Positions 37,029 through 45,911 of a DNA stretch of 64,000 nucleotides are shown here, in pieces. Numbering within the stretch: the stretch's first letter is position 1; each line of letters begins with the position of its first letter. The translations under genes and the position numbers were made by a program. This DNA comes from Planctomycetota bacterium (lineage in GTDB: Bacteria; Planctomycetota; Phycisphaerae; SM23-33). The stretch spans positions 36,595 through 100,594 of the forward strand of contig JAKPKY010000165.1 in NCBI GenBank assembly GCA_029553505.1, given 5' to 3'. The notes beneath the pieces were generated by a model that was not told where the DNA came from, searched no databases, and saw only the letters and a list, made by a program, of their open reading frames with translations.

Positions 37029-37459
37029 CGGTCTGATCGCCGATTCCAACTCGCTTCTGTCCCACGGATTGCTGCGCTGGCTCATGGTGAACTCTATGAC
37101 CCGAAGGCCTCCCGTCTGAAACGGGATCAATCGACGTTCCGCGCCGCGGAAGCTCTTTGCCAAACTTCCCCGATCCGGGGCCGCTTCCGCCACGCCGGCG
37201 ACCTGTGCGAAAAGCGGTCGCTGAACGTCGTTTCTATGACGGCCTGCTTGTCGGTCTTTTTTCCCGGCCGTCACTACCTGAATTTTCCACACATCGGAAA
37301 TCCGGGCACTCAGTCCGCCCGGTCGCCGCCCGGAAACCCCAAGCGGTCAACGCCATGGTATCCCGTTTGCCCCAAGGTGGTCAAGGGCAAATGCGCCCCT
37401 TTTGACGTTCGGGGAACCCCGGCGAGAGAAAAAGTCGCAAGCACATAGGATCAATGGAG

Positions 37460-37714
37460 TTATGACTTGAAATACGCCGCGTTCTCCGCGGCGAATTTCC
37501 GCTGCTCGTCCGGCAGGTCCGACTCGGGAAAAATCGCCTCCGCCGGGCAGACGCCTGCGCACGCCCCGCAATCGATGCACTCGGCGGGATGGATGTTCAC
37601 GTGCGAAACGGCGTCCAGGCCTTCTTCGCCCTCGGCCGGGTGAATGCACGACACCGGGCAGACCGGCGGACACGACATGCACTTGGTGCACGCATCGGTA
37701 ACCACGTAGGCCAT
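37460..37714 (-). CDS. Dicluster 4Fe-4S ferredoxin
   Basis: MAYVVTDACTKCMSCPPVCP...CIDCGACAGVCP; RBS AGGAG. Confidence 0.93.
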   Translation of the reverse strand: MAYVVTDACTKCMSCPPVCPVSCIHPAEGEEGLDAVSHVNIHPAECIDCGACAGVCPAEAIFPESDLPDEQRKFAAENAAYFKS

Positions 37715-37832
37715 GATCGGTCTCCTGTTGTTCCGGACCAGTATATCCTCCGACGGGCAAGGGTGAAAACCTTTCGTCGATGCGGTATAGTGTCCTGCGG
37801 ACGAGCGAAAAACCGCAGCGGGAGAGTGGCGG

Positions 37833-39026
37833 ATGAACCCAATCGGAATCGCGGCGACGGGGCTGGAGTTCCTGACGCGGACGAAGTTCCTGAACAATTC
37901 CATCGTCCAGTGGCTGGGGCTGCTGGGCGTGCTGCTGGGCAGCTTCCTCGCCGGACGGGTGCTGTCGTTCCTCCTGGAAGCCCGCGGGCGGAAGATCGAA
38001 CAGCGGGAGAAACTCTACCTGCTGTCGCTGACGCTGCGGAGCCTGTCCGGGCCGGTGACCCTGCTGGCGCTGGCAGCCGGGCTGTACCTGGCCTCGACGT
38101 TCCTGAACCTGTCCTACCTCGAGCAGGTCGAGCGCGACGGAAAGCAGGTGACCGAGCTCCACTCGCTCGAACCGTTCTGGCTCAACGCCTGCCGGACGCT
38201 GGCGGTGCTGGCCGTCACGTGGTTCCTCTTCCGCCTGGTGGACATCGTGGAGTTTTTCCTGAAGCGCTGGACCAGCCGCACCGAAACCGCCCTGGACGAC
38301 CAGCTCGTTCCGCTGCTGCGCAAGACGTTGCGCGTGTTCGTGGTGATCGTGGCGGTGCTGTTCCTGGCGCAGAACGTCTTCCGCTGGGACATCGGCGCGC
38401 TGGTGGCCGGGCTGGGCATCGGCGGTCTGGCGTTCGCGTTGGCCGCCAAGGACATGCTCAGCAACCTGTTCGGCTCGGTGACGATCTTCGCGGACCGCCC
38501 GTTCACGATGGGCGAGCTGATCGAGGTCGGCGGGCGCAAGGGCGTGGTGGAGGAGGTAGGCTTCCGCTCGACGCGCCTGCGGACGCTCGAGGGGCACCTG
38601 GTGACGGTTCCCAACTCGATCGTCGCCAACGAGACCATCGAGAACATCTCGCGCCGCCCGACGATCCGCCGCATCCTCAACGTCACCGTCACCTACGACA
38701 CCCCGCCGGAAAAGATGCGCCGCGCGGTGGAGATCCTCCGCGAGATGCTCGACGCCCGCAAGGACCACTGGCGCGACGACCTGCCGCCGCGCGTCTACTT
38801 CAGCGACTTCAACACCGACAGCCTGAACCTCATCGTCTACTACTGGTTCGCCCCGCCCGACTGGTGGGCGTTCAACGAGTTCAACCACGAGTTCAACATG
38901 GAGCTGCTCGGGCGGTTCAACGAGGAGGCGATCGAGTTCGCCTTCCCGACGCGGACGCTCTACGTCAAGCAGGATTCGCCGCTGTCGGCCGACGTGCGCG
39001 TCGCGCCGGGCGAACCGCCGAAGTAA
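37833..39026 (+). CDS. mscS: MscS family mechanosensitive channel
   Basis: AGLGIGGLAFALAAKDMLSNLFG, DRPF, GVVEEVGFRST, VPNS, IEFAFPTRT. Confidence 0.93.
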   Translation: MNPIGIAATGLEFLTRTKFLNNSIVQWLGLLGVLLGSFLAGRVLSFLLEARGRKIEQREKLYLLSLTLRSLSGPVTLLALAAGLYLASTFLNLSYLEQVERDGKQVTELHSLEPFWLNACRTLAVLAVTWFLFRLVDIVEFFLKRWTSRTETALDDQLVPLLRKTLRVFVVIVAVLFLAQNVFRWDIGALVAGLGIGGLAFALAAKDMLSNLFGSVTIFADRPFTMGELIEVGGRKGVVEEVGFRSTRLRTLEGHLVTVPNSIVANETIENISRRPTIRRILNVTVTYDTPPEKMRRAVEILREMLDARKDHWRDDLPPRVYFSDFNTDSLNLIVYYWFAPPDWWAFNEFNHEFNMELLGRFNEEAIEFAFPTRTLYVKQDSPLSADVRVAPGEPPK

Positions 39027-39050
39027 CGGACGACCCTGTGGAGAGTTTCC

Positions 39051-39872
39051 ATGGCGGCAGCACGCACGGAAGCGAGCGCCCCCGGCCTGGCCGGACAGGC
39101 CGCACTGCCCGACTGGCTACTCCACACCCCCATCGCCCACCGCGGCCTGCACGACACCCGCGCCGGCGTTCCGGAAAACTCCCTCGCCGCGTTCCAGGCC
39201 GCCGTCCGCGCGGGATATCCCATCGAGATGGACGTGCAACTGCTGGCCGACGGGCGGGTGGCCGTCTTCCACGACCTGTCGCTGCGGCGGATGACGGGGC
39301 GGCGCGTCCACCTGGCGGAGCTGACGGCCGGCGAGATCCGCCCCTTGCGCCTGCAAGACAGCGACCAGGGCATCGCCCTGCTGGACGAGGCGCTGGAACT
39401 CGTCGCCGGGCGGGTGGGGCTGCTGATCGAGACCAAGAACCACAGCCTTTCCGACCGCCGGCTGGAGCAGGCTGTGGAGACCGCGCTGGCGGGCTACGAC
39501 GGACCCGTCGCCGTCCAGTCGTTCAACCCGTTCTCGCTGCAATGGTTCGCGCGCAACCGCCCGGAGATTCCGCGGGGCCAGCTGGCGTACGACTTCCACG
39601 GCCAGCGGATGGCCCGCTACGAAAAATTTCTCCTGCGCCGCCTGCTGATGAACTGGGTCAGCCGGCCGGCGTTCGTGTCGTACCAGATCCGCTGCCTTCC
39701 GTTCGGGGCGGTGGCGCGGGCGCGGCGGCGCGGGCTGGCCGTGCTGGGGTGGATCTGCCGCTCGCGCGACCAGCAGCGCCGCGCCGAGGCCTGGTGCGAC
39801 AACGTCATTTTCGAGCACTACCGGCCGGCGAGAAACGCTCACCCGCCGACGGCTGGCGAACCGATGTCATAA
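39051..39872 (+). CDS. Glycerophosphodiester phosphodiesterase family protein
   Basis: IAHRGL, PENSLAAF, IEMDVQ, VFHD, IETK, QSFNP. Confidence 0.92.
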   Translation: MAAARTEASAPGLAGQAALPDWLLHTPIAHRGLHDTRAGVPENSLAAFQAAVRAGYPIEMDVQLLADGRVAVFHDLSLRRMTGRRVHLAELTAGEIRPLRLQDSDQGIALLDEALELVAGRVGLLIETKNHSLSDRRLEQAVETALAGYDGPVAVQSFNPFSLQWFARNRPEIPRGQLAYDFHGQRMARYEKFLLRRLLMNWVSRPAFVSYQIRCLPFGAVARARRRGLAVLGWICRSRDQQRRAEAWCDNVIFEHYRPARNAHPPTAGEPMS

Positions 39873-39903
39873 GCGGCCTTGCGCCGCAACCGGGAGACCC
39901 GTC

Positions 39904-40422
39904 ATGGCCAAGCTGCTGACCGACGAAACCTACGCCGTCAAGGGAAGGCTCGTGGGCGTGGACAACTCCGCGCTGGTCGGGCCGCTGATCACCCTCCGCG
40001 TGCCGCCCAACACCTTCGACCTCCAGCGACCGGCGAGCTACATGGACTTCGTCCTGCTGGACACCAACCGAAAGACGCTCCAGAAACGCATCGGCGTCGG
40101 CGACGAGCTCCAGGTCATCATCCACGCCGCCACCTCCAAGGTCGAGTCCGGCACGCGCAACGAGATGACGTTCGCCCTCCAGCCGCGGGGACAGTGCCAG
40201 AAAATCAGCCATTGCCGCCGCGTCTTCGAGGGCGTCAGCCCGATCAACGGACGGGTGGCCGACAACGACGGACACCACGTGCTGGCCGTCGACGCGGGCG
40301 TGCCCCTCGTCCTGTCGCTGCTGGAGCACAAGCCCTCCCAGACCCAGCAGATCAAGGTCAACTCGTGGATCACGTTCTGGCCGGCCCCGCCCACCCACGG
40401 AATCATCCTCGGGAAAGCGTAG
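39904..40422 (+). CDS. Hypothetical protein
   Basis: RBS GGGAG, strong GC3 bias; beta-rich; no family recognised. Confidence 0.7.
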   Translation: MAKLLTDETYAVKGRLVGVDNSALVGPLITLRVPPNTFDLQRPASYMDFVLLDTNRKTLQKRIGVGDELQVIIHAATSKVESGTRNEMTFALQPRGQCQKISHCRRVFEGVSPINGRVADNDGHHVLAVDAGVPLVLSLLEHKPSQTQQIKVNSWITFWPAPPTHGIILGKA

Positions 40423-40609
40423 CAGCCCGTTGAGAAACGGGCTGCTAGAGCAGGCGAGCAGGAGAACAGGTGAACAGGAGGAGCAATCGCTCCATCAAAC
40501 TTATGAAAACAGGCGATCTGCTCGCCTGCGGTCTCCTGCTCTCCTGTTCTACTGTTCTGATCGGAAGCTGGATAATACTTTGTAGAGGAGCGCATACGGA
40601 GGATCGGCT

Positions 40610-40789
40610 ATGAATCCGTATCTCGGGGCCGTGCTGGGCGCGCTGGCGGGGGCGGCGGGAGGATACCTGCTGTCGCGCGTCCGCCCCTGCGGCTCGCAGG
40701 CCTGCAACGTCAAGGCCCGCACCGCCTACTCCATGCTGGCCGGCGCGGTGTTCGGCGCCGCCTTCGTCTACTACCTCCTGACGCGGTGA
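40610..40789 (+). CDS. Small two-TM membrane protein with CxxxxC loop (DUF6132-like), 59 aa; absent from the ORF track
   Basis: RBS GGAGG; MNPYLGAVLGALAGAAGGYLLSRVRPCGSQACNVKARTAYSMLAGAVFGAAFVYYLLTR*. Confidence 0.75.
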   Translation: MNPYLGAVLGALAGAAGGYLLSRVRPCGSQACNVKARTAYSMLAGAVFGAAFVYYLLTR

Positions 40790-40938
40790 TCCGGCTTTTC
40801 CTCCGCCCGCAGAGACTCCTTGCCATTTCCGCGCCTTCGGCGATACAGTCTTGCCAACGCGTGGTTGCTCCGTTCCGCTGCCGCGGAACTCCGCAAACCA
40901 CGGCACCCGGACGGGAATTTCAACGAAAGACGGAACGC

Positions 40939-41772
40939 ATGAAGGCACTTTCGGACAATCGGCTGGTGAAGGCATTCGCGGAGTTGAAGGCGGCCGGCGG
41001 GAAAACCCTCCTGCCGTTCGTCACGGCGGGCTATCCCGACCTGGAGACGACAACCGCGCTGCTGAACGAGTTCGAGCGGCGCGGCGTGCGGGTCTGCGAA
41101 CTGGGCATTCCGTTCAGCGACCCGATCGCCGACGGCCCGGTCATCCAGGCGTCGTACACCGAGGCGCTGTCCAAGGGGCTGCGCCTGGCGGACATCTTCG
41201 AGGCGGTGCGGCGCTACCGCGCTGCCGGGGGCGAGTTGGCGCTGGTCGCCATGCTGAGCTACTCGATCGTCTTCCGCCGGGGGGCGGAGAAATTCCTCGC
41301 CGACGCCGCGGGCGCGGGCTTCGACGGCTTGATCGTGCCCGACCTGCCGCTGGAGGAGGCCGGGGCGTTCGAGCCCCTCGCCGCCAAGGCCGGCCTGGCC
41401 AACGTGATGCTCGTCGCCCCCAACACCCCGCCCGACCGCCGGGTAGAAATCGCCCGCCACTCGCGCGGGTTCCTCTACTTCATCTCCGTCGCGGGGATCA
41501 CCGGCGAGCGGACGCGTCTGCCGGAAAGCACGCTGCAGGCCGTCGCCGAACTCCGCAAGCACACCGCCACGCCCGTCTGCATCGGGTTCGGGGTGTCCAG
41601 CCCGGAGACGGTGGCGCACGTGTGCGAAGTCGCCGACGGCGCGATCGTGGGCTCGGCCATCGTCCACCGCATCACCGACGCCGTCCGCGCCAACGCCGGC
41701 CGGGAGAAACTCGTCGCCGAGACCGGCGAGTTCGTCAGCCAACTGCTGGCGCCCCTGAACCCGCGCGCGTGA
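40939..41772 (+). CDS. trpA: Tryptophan synthase alpha chain
   Basis: PFVTAGYPD, ELGIPFSDPIADGPVIQ, VPDLP, GITG, IGFGV, ADGAIVGSA. Confidence 0.97.
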   Translation: MKALSDNRLVKAFAELKAAGGKTLLPFVTAGYPDLETTTALLNEFERRGVRVCELGIPFSDPIADGPVIQASYTEALSKGLRLADIFEAVRRYRAAGGELALVAMLSYSIVFRRGAEKFLADAAGAGFDGLIVPDLPLEEAGAFEPLAAKAGLANVMLVAPNTPPDRRVEIARHSRGFLYFISVAGITGERTRLPESTLQAVAELRKHTATPVCIGFGVSSPETVAHVCEVADGAIVGSAIVHRITDAVRANAGREKLVAETGEFVSQLLAPLNPRA

Positions 41773-42014
41773 AACGGTTTTCCGTTTCACGCGCAGTTTC
41801 GTCCCTTCAGACAGAAGAGAGCGGGATTTCGGGATTCCAGGATTCCCTCGATTCCGCAGCGGATACCGGCGGAACAGCCACCTCATTCATTCCTGATCTT
41901 TGCGTTTACAAACCAATCCGGGGCTAAATCCCTGATGGACGAACATCCGTCGTTTTTCAATCCCTGGAATCTGTGGAATCCCGCTCTCGTTTCGTTCCGG
42001 AAGGCGCAGTGAAG

Positions 42015-42896
42015 TCACGGCCGATCGGAAAGGGCGTTGGCGAGGCGCAGGTATTGCTCGGGGGTGATTTCTTCTGGCCGGCTGGCGGGGTCCACGCCGG
42101 CTTCGGCCAGCGCGCCCGAGAAGCGATCCGCGTCCACGAACCCGTCGCGCCGGCGGGCGGCGGAGTGAATCTGCTTGCGGCGCTGCCCGAAGACCATCGT
42201 CAGCACCTGCTGGAGCACGTCGGCCGAGCGCAGCGCCGCGGCGCGGGCGGGGTCGAAATCGAATCGGACGATGCGGCTGGCGACTTTCGGGCGCGGCCAG
42301 AAGGACGTCGCGGGCACAATCGGCCCGGCCGTCACCGTCGCCAGCAGCGCCGCCAGCACGCTGATCGGCCCATACGCGCCGCTGCCCGGCGGCGCGGCGA
42401 ACCGCTCGGCCACCTCCTGCTGAACCGTCACGACGAGGCGTTCGAAGCGCGTCTCGGGCGCGTGCAGCGACCGCCAGGAGCACAGCAGGCATTCGGCCAC
42501 CAGCGGGGTGGCGATGTTGTACGGCAGGTTGGACACGAGGTTCGCCCTTGGGTCCACGGCTGCCAGCACCTTCGGTGCGATCGCGTGTTTGCCGGCCAGC
42601 ACGTCGCCCTCGATCAGGTGGAAGTTGTCTCGCCCACCCAGGCGGCGGCGCAGCAGGCGGCAGAGGTCGCGGTCGATCTCGGCCGCCACCACGCGCCCCG
42701 CGCGGTCGAGCAGTTCCTCCGTGAGCGTTCCGGTGCCCGGGCCGACCTCCAGCACCGTCTGGTCGCCGGACAGGTCCGCCAGCTCCAGCAGCTTGCCCAG
42801 CAGGTTCTTGTCGAACAGGAAGCACTGCCCGAACTGCTTGCGCGGGTGCATGCCAGCCTGGTCCAGCAGCTCGCGAATTTCCGCAAGGGTCTGCAT
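42015..42896 (-). CDS. rsmA: 16S rRNA adenine dimethyltransferase
   Basis: PRKQFGQCFL, LEVGPGTGTLT, AEID, SNLPYNI, FWPRPKV, QRRK. Confidence 0.95.
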   Translation of the reverse strand: MQTLAEIRELLDQAGMHPRKQFGQCFLFDKNLLGKLLELADLSGDQTVLEVGPGTGTLTEELLDRAGRVVAAEIDRDLCRLLRRRLGGRDNFHLIEGDVLAGKHAIAPKVLAAVDPRANLVSNLPYNIATPLVAECLLCSWRSLHAPETRFERLVVTVQQEVAERFAAPPGSGAYGPISVLAALLATVTAGPIVPATSFWPRPKVASRIVRFDFDPARAAALRSADVLQQVLTMVFGQRRKQIHSAARRRDGFVDADRFSGALAEAGVDPASRPEEITPEQYLRLANALSDRP

Positions 42897-43026
42897 GGGC
42901 TTCCCGATGTTTGCCTTTCCGCGCCGCGGTGGGCGGCAAATTTCCGCTTGCCCCGCGTCCCGCGGCGCGCGACACTTCCGCCGCAAGTCTTTATAAACCC
43001 GAGCCCAGCGGATGAAAAGGAACGAG

Positions 43027-44442
43027 ATGAGTCAAAAACGCAATCTCGCGGGCTGGTGTTGTGCCCTCGTGACGATCGGGGCGGTGGTCCTTCCGGCTGC
43101 GGTCGCGTCGGCCCAGGCCGATGGGCGGAGAATCTACGACGAGCAGCTTCGCGTCGAACTCGACGAACAGGCGCCCCAGCAGCGGGAGATCGGCGCGGAC
43201 GTCGGCGGCTGGCTGAGCTTCGCCCTGTTCAGCTATGACGACGCGCTCGCCCGCAAGGTCCGCACGCTGCGCCAGTACCAGGCCCGCGCGTGGGCGAAGG
43301 CGAACTTCCGGGGCGTCCACCAGGGCTACGTCCGCGTGCTGTGGGGCTACGACGACTGGAACACCGGCGACGACCCGCTCGGGCGCGACGACGAGGACAC
43401 CGACTTCCAGCTGGAGCGCGCCTGGTACCAGCTCGACGTGGGGCGCTTGCTGGCGCCGGGGGCGGCGCAGCGCGGGCCGGTGGGCCTGAAGGTCAAGGTC
43501 GGACGCGATTACGCCCAGATCGGCAGCGCCCTGGTGTTGTCGCTCCCGCTGGACCTGGTGCAGTTCGACGTGACGGCCGGCGACTGGGAATTCAAGGCCC
43601 TGCTGGGCAAGAGCCTCTCCCACACGCGGAACCTCGACGACAGTGAACCCGTCGCCCGCCACATGGAGCGGTGCTTCTACGGCCTGGAGGCCGCCTACAA
43701 GGGCTTTGCCCGCCATCGCCCCTACGCCTATGTTTTGCTGAACCGCGACCACACCGGCGAGAAGCCCGACGACGCCTTCCAGAGCTACAAGTACGACAGC
43801 AACTACGTGGGCGTCGGAAGCGAGGGCGCGGTGCTGCTTCCGGACCTGCGTTACCTGGTGGAGGCCGTCGGCGAGTGGGGCAAGAACTACTCCGAAAACC
43901 AGGTCACCGGGCGCGACCGCGTCTGCGCGTTTGCGCTGGACGCCCAGCTGGAGTACCTCTGGCGCACGGCGATGCGCCCGAAGGTCTCGGCCGAGTACCT
44001 GTTCGCCTCGGGCGACAGCGACCGGCGCCTCAGCGCCAACTCCACCATCGGCGGGAACCTGGCGGGCACGCAGGACAACGCGTTCAACGCGTTCGGATTC
44101 CGCGACACGGGCCTGGCGCTGGCGCCCCGCATCTCCAACCTGCACCTGTATTCGCTGGGCGCGAGCTTCTTCCCGCTGGAGAAGATCGACCTGTTCCGCA
44201 AGATGGAGATCGGTACGAAGGTCTTCTTCTACCAGAAGCATCGCAGCGGCGGGCCGATCAGCGACACGGGCGCGACGAAGGATTCCCACTGGCTCGGCTG
44301 GGAGTGGGACGTCTTCTGCGACTGGCGGATCACGAGCGACCTGACGTGGACGGTCCGGTACGGCGCGTTCCGGCCCGGGGCGGCCTACCAGAACGACGAC
44401 TGCCGGGACTTCGTCTACACCGCATTCACCTACAGCTTCTAG
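43027..44442 (+). CDS. Outer-membrane beta-barrel, alginate-export (AlgE-like) family
   Basis: Signal peptide; alternating amphipathic strands; EYLFASGDSD, LGWEWDVF, C-terminal YSF (BAM signal). Confidence 0.7.
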   Translation: MSQKRNLAGWCCALVTIGAVVLPAAVASAQADGRRIYDEQLRVELDEQAPQQREIGADVGGWLSFALFSYDDALARKVRTLRQYQARAWAKANFRGVHQGYVRVLWGYDDWNTGDDPLGRDDEDTDFQLERAWYQLDVGRLLAPGAAQRGPVGLKVKVGRDYAQIGSALVLSLPLDLVQFDVTAGDWEFKALLGKSLSHTRNLDDSEPVARHMERCFYGLEAAYKGFARHRPYAYVLLNRDHTGEKPDDAFQSYKYDSNYVGVGSEGAVLLPDLRYLVEAVGEWGKNYSENQVTGRDRVCAFALDAQLEYLWRTAMRPKVSAEYLFASGDSDRRLSANSTIGGNLAGTQDNAFNAFGFRDTGLALAPRISNLHLYSLGASFFPLEKIDLFRKMEIGTKVFFYQKHRSGGPISDTGATKDSHWLGWEWDVFCDWRITSDLTWTVRYGAFRPGAAYQNDDCRDFVYTAFTYSF

Positions 44443-44449
44443 GAACAAC

Positions 44450-44998
44450 ATGAGATTGCACGGAAAGGCAATGTGGGCGGCGGCGCTGGCGGCGGTTTTC
44501 GCAGCCGGGTGCGGCCAGCCCGGGCGCATCGACGGACCGGCGGCGAAACTTCCCGCCGGCGAAAGCTCGCCGGCGTACCTGGACCGCGTGGCGGGGGGGA
44601 AGACCGTCTCGGAAAACGACGCCGCGCGCGGAATCCTCCTGCTGCTGGACGGGCAGGACCCGGCCGAGACGTTCCAGCAGCGCGTCGAGACCCTGCGGGC
44701 GCGAGGGATCGTCGACGCCTCGTGGGACTTCCAGGCCGACCGGGCCCTGACCCGGGGCAAACTGGCGTACATGATCTGGCGGGCGTGCAAGCTCCCCGGC
44801 GGCGTGACGCTGACGCTTGCGGGCCCGTCGCAGCGGTACTGCCTGCGCGAGCTGCAATACCGCGGGTTCATGGCCGAGGGCACGATGTTCACCCCCGTCA
44901 GCGGCATGGAGTTCCTCGCGGTGCTGACGCGGGCGGACCACTACTTGCAGACCGGGCAGGTGCCCGAGGTGCTCGGTGGAACGGGAGGTGCCCCGTGA
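44450..44998 (+). CDS. Lipoprotein with SLH-like segments
   Basis: Lipobox FAAG-C; LTRGKLAYMIWRA and VSGMEFLAVLTRA resemble SLH helices. Confidence 0.6.
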   Translation: MRLHGKAMWAAALAAVFAAGCGQPGRIDGPAAKLPAGESSPAYLDRVAGGKTVSENDAARGILLLLDGQDPAETFQQRVETLRARGIVDASWDFQADRALTRGKLAYMIWRACKLPGGVTLTLAGPSQRYCLRELQYRGFMAEGTMFTPVSGMEFLAVLTRADHYLQTGQVPEVLGGTGGAP

Positions 44999-45855
44999 GA
45001 TTCCGCGCGGTTTGTCTGGTTGCAGCCTGGGCGCTGGCGGCGGGGTTCGCCCCGGCCCAGCCGGCGACGACGACCTCCGCGCCGCAGGCGGCAGCCGGCG
45101 CGGGGCAGGCGCAGCAGGTCGAGGTCGTGTCCGTGACGGGCGCCGCCGAGAAGCTCGTTCCCGCGGGCGGAAAGGAAACCTGGCAGGCGATCCGCGCCGG
45201 CGAAAAGCTCAGCGAGTTGACGATCCTGCGGACGGGCCTGCGGGCGAAGGTGGTGCTGCGGTTCGCCGACCGGGCGGAGATGACCATCGACCGGGCGACG
45301 AAGGTGGGCATCGGCGAGTTCCGTCGGCAGGGCGACCTGACCCGCGCCCGCGTGGGGCTCAAGTACGGCACGGTGCAGGCGCAGGTCCACAGCGCCGCCG
45401 GGCCCAACGACTTCCAGATTTCCACGCCCGTGGCCACCCTGAGCGTCCGGGGAACCGGTGGGCAGGCGGGCTTCACCGGCGACATGGGCATGGGGCTGAT
45501 GGGCACCCACGGCACTTGGCAGCTCGCCGGGCAGGGCTTCCAGCACAGCCTGACCGCCGGCGAAAGCACCTTCTTCCAGAACCTCGGGCCGGGATTCGCC
45601 GCGTGGCTGCAGATGGCGATGAACCAGCGCGGCACGCAGATGGGCGACGCCTTCGGCGGGCTGAGCCCCCAGGAGATCCAGAACCTGCTCAACAACGGTG
45701 CGGGGCGCGGGCTGCTGGGCTTCTTCGGCAGCGGAAGCGGCTCGCTCCAGACGCCCCCGCCGCCCTGGCTCAACGGGATGCCCCAGCTCGGGCGGAGCTA
45801 CTACCAGTCCCACGAAAACGGCTACGAGAACGGCTATTACCTGGTGGGCGAGTGA
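44995..45855 (+). CDS. Secreted FecR-domain protein
   Basis: GTGA overlap; signal peptide; LRTGLRAKVVLRFADRAEMTI, FQISTPVATLSVRGT. Confidence 0.85.
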   Translation: MRFRAVCLVAAWALAAGFAPAQPATTTSAPQAAAGAGQAQQVEVVSVTGAAEKLVPAGGKETWQAIRAGEKLSELTILRTGLRAKVVLRFADRAEMTIDRATKVGIGEFRRQGDLTRARVGLKYGTVQAQVHSAAGPNDFQISTPVATLSVRGTGGQAGFTGDMGMGLMGTHGTWQLAGQGFQHSLTAGESTFFQNLGPGFAAWLQMAMNQRGTQMGDAFGGLSPQEIQNLLNNGAGRGLLGFFGSGSGSLQTPPPPWLNGMPQLGRSYYQSHENGYENGYYLVGE

Positions 45856-45911
45856 GGAGAACCGCCGGGGGCGGTCTTGTGCGTCGCCGTCGCGCGGCGT
45901 AGACTTTCGTC

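Noticed and set aside
36800..37450. tRNA, tmRNA or riboswitch in the rny upstream region
   Set aside because: No cloverleaf/TpsiC arm or recognisable aptamer consensus; 6S RNA fits better
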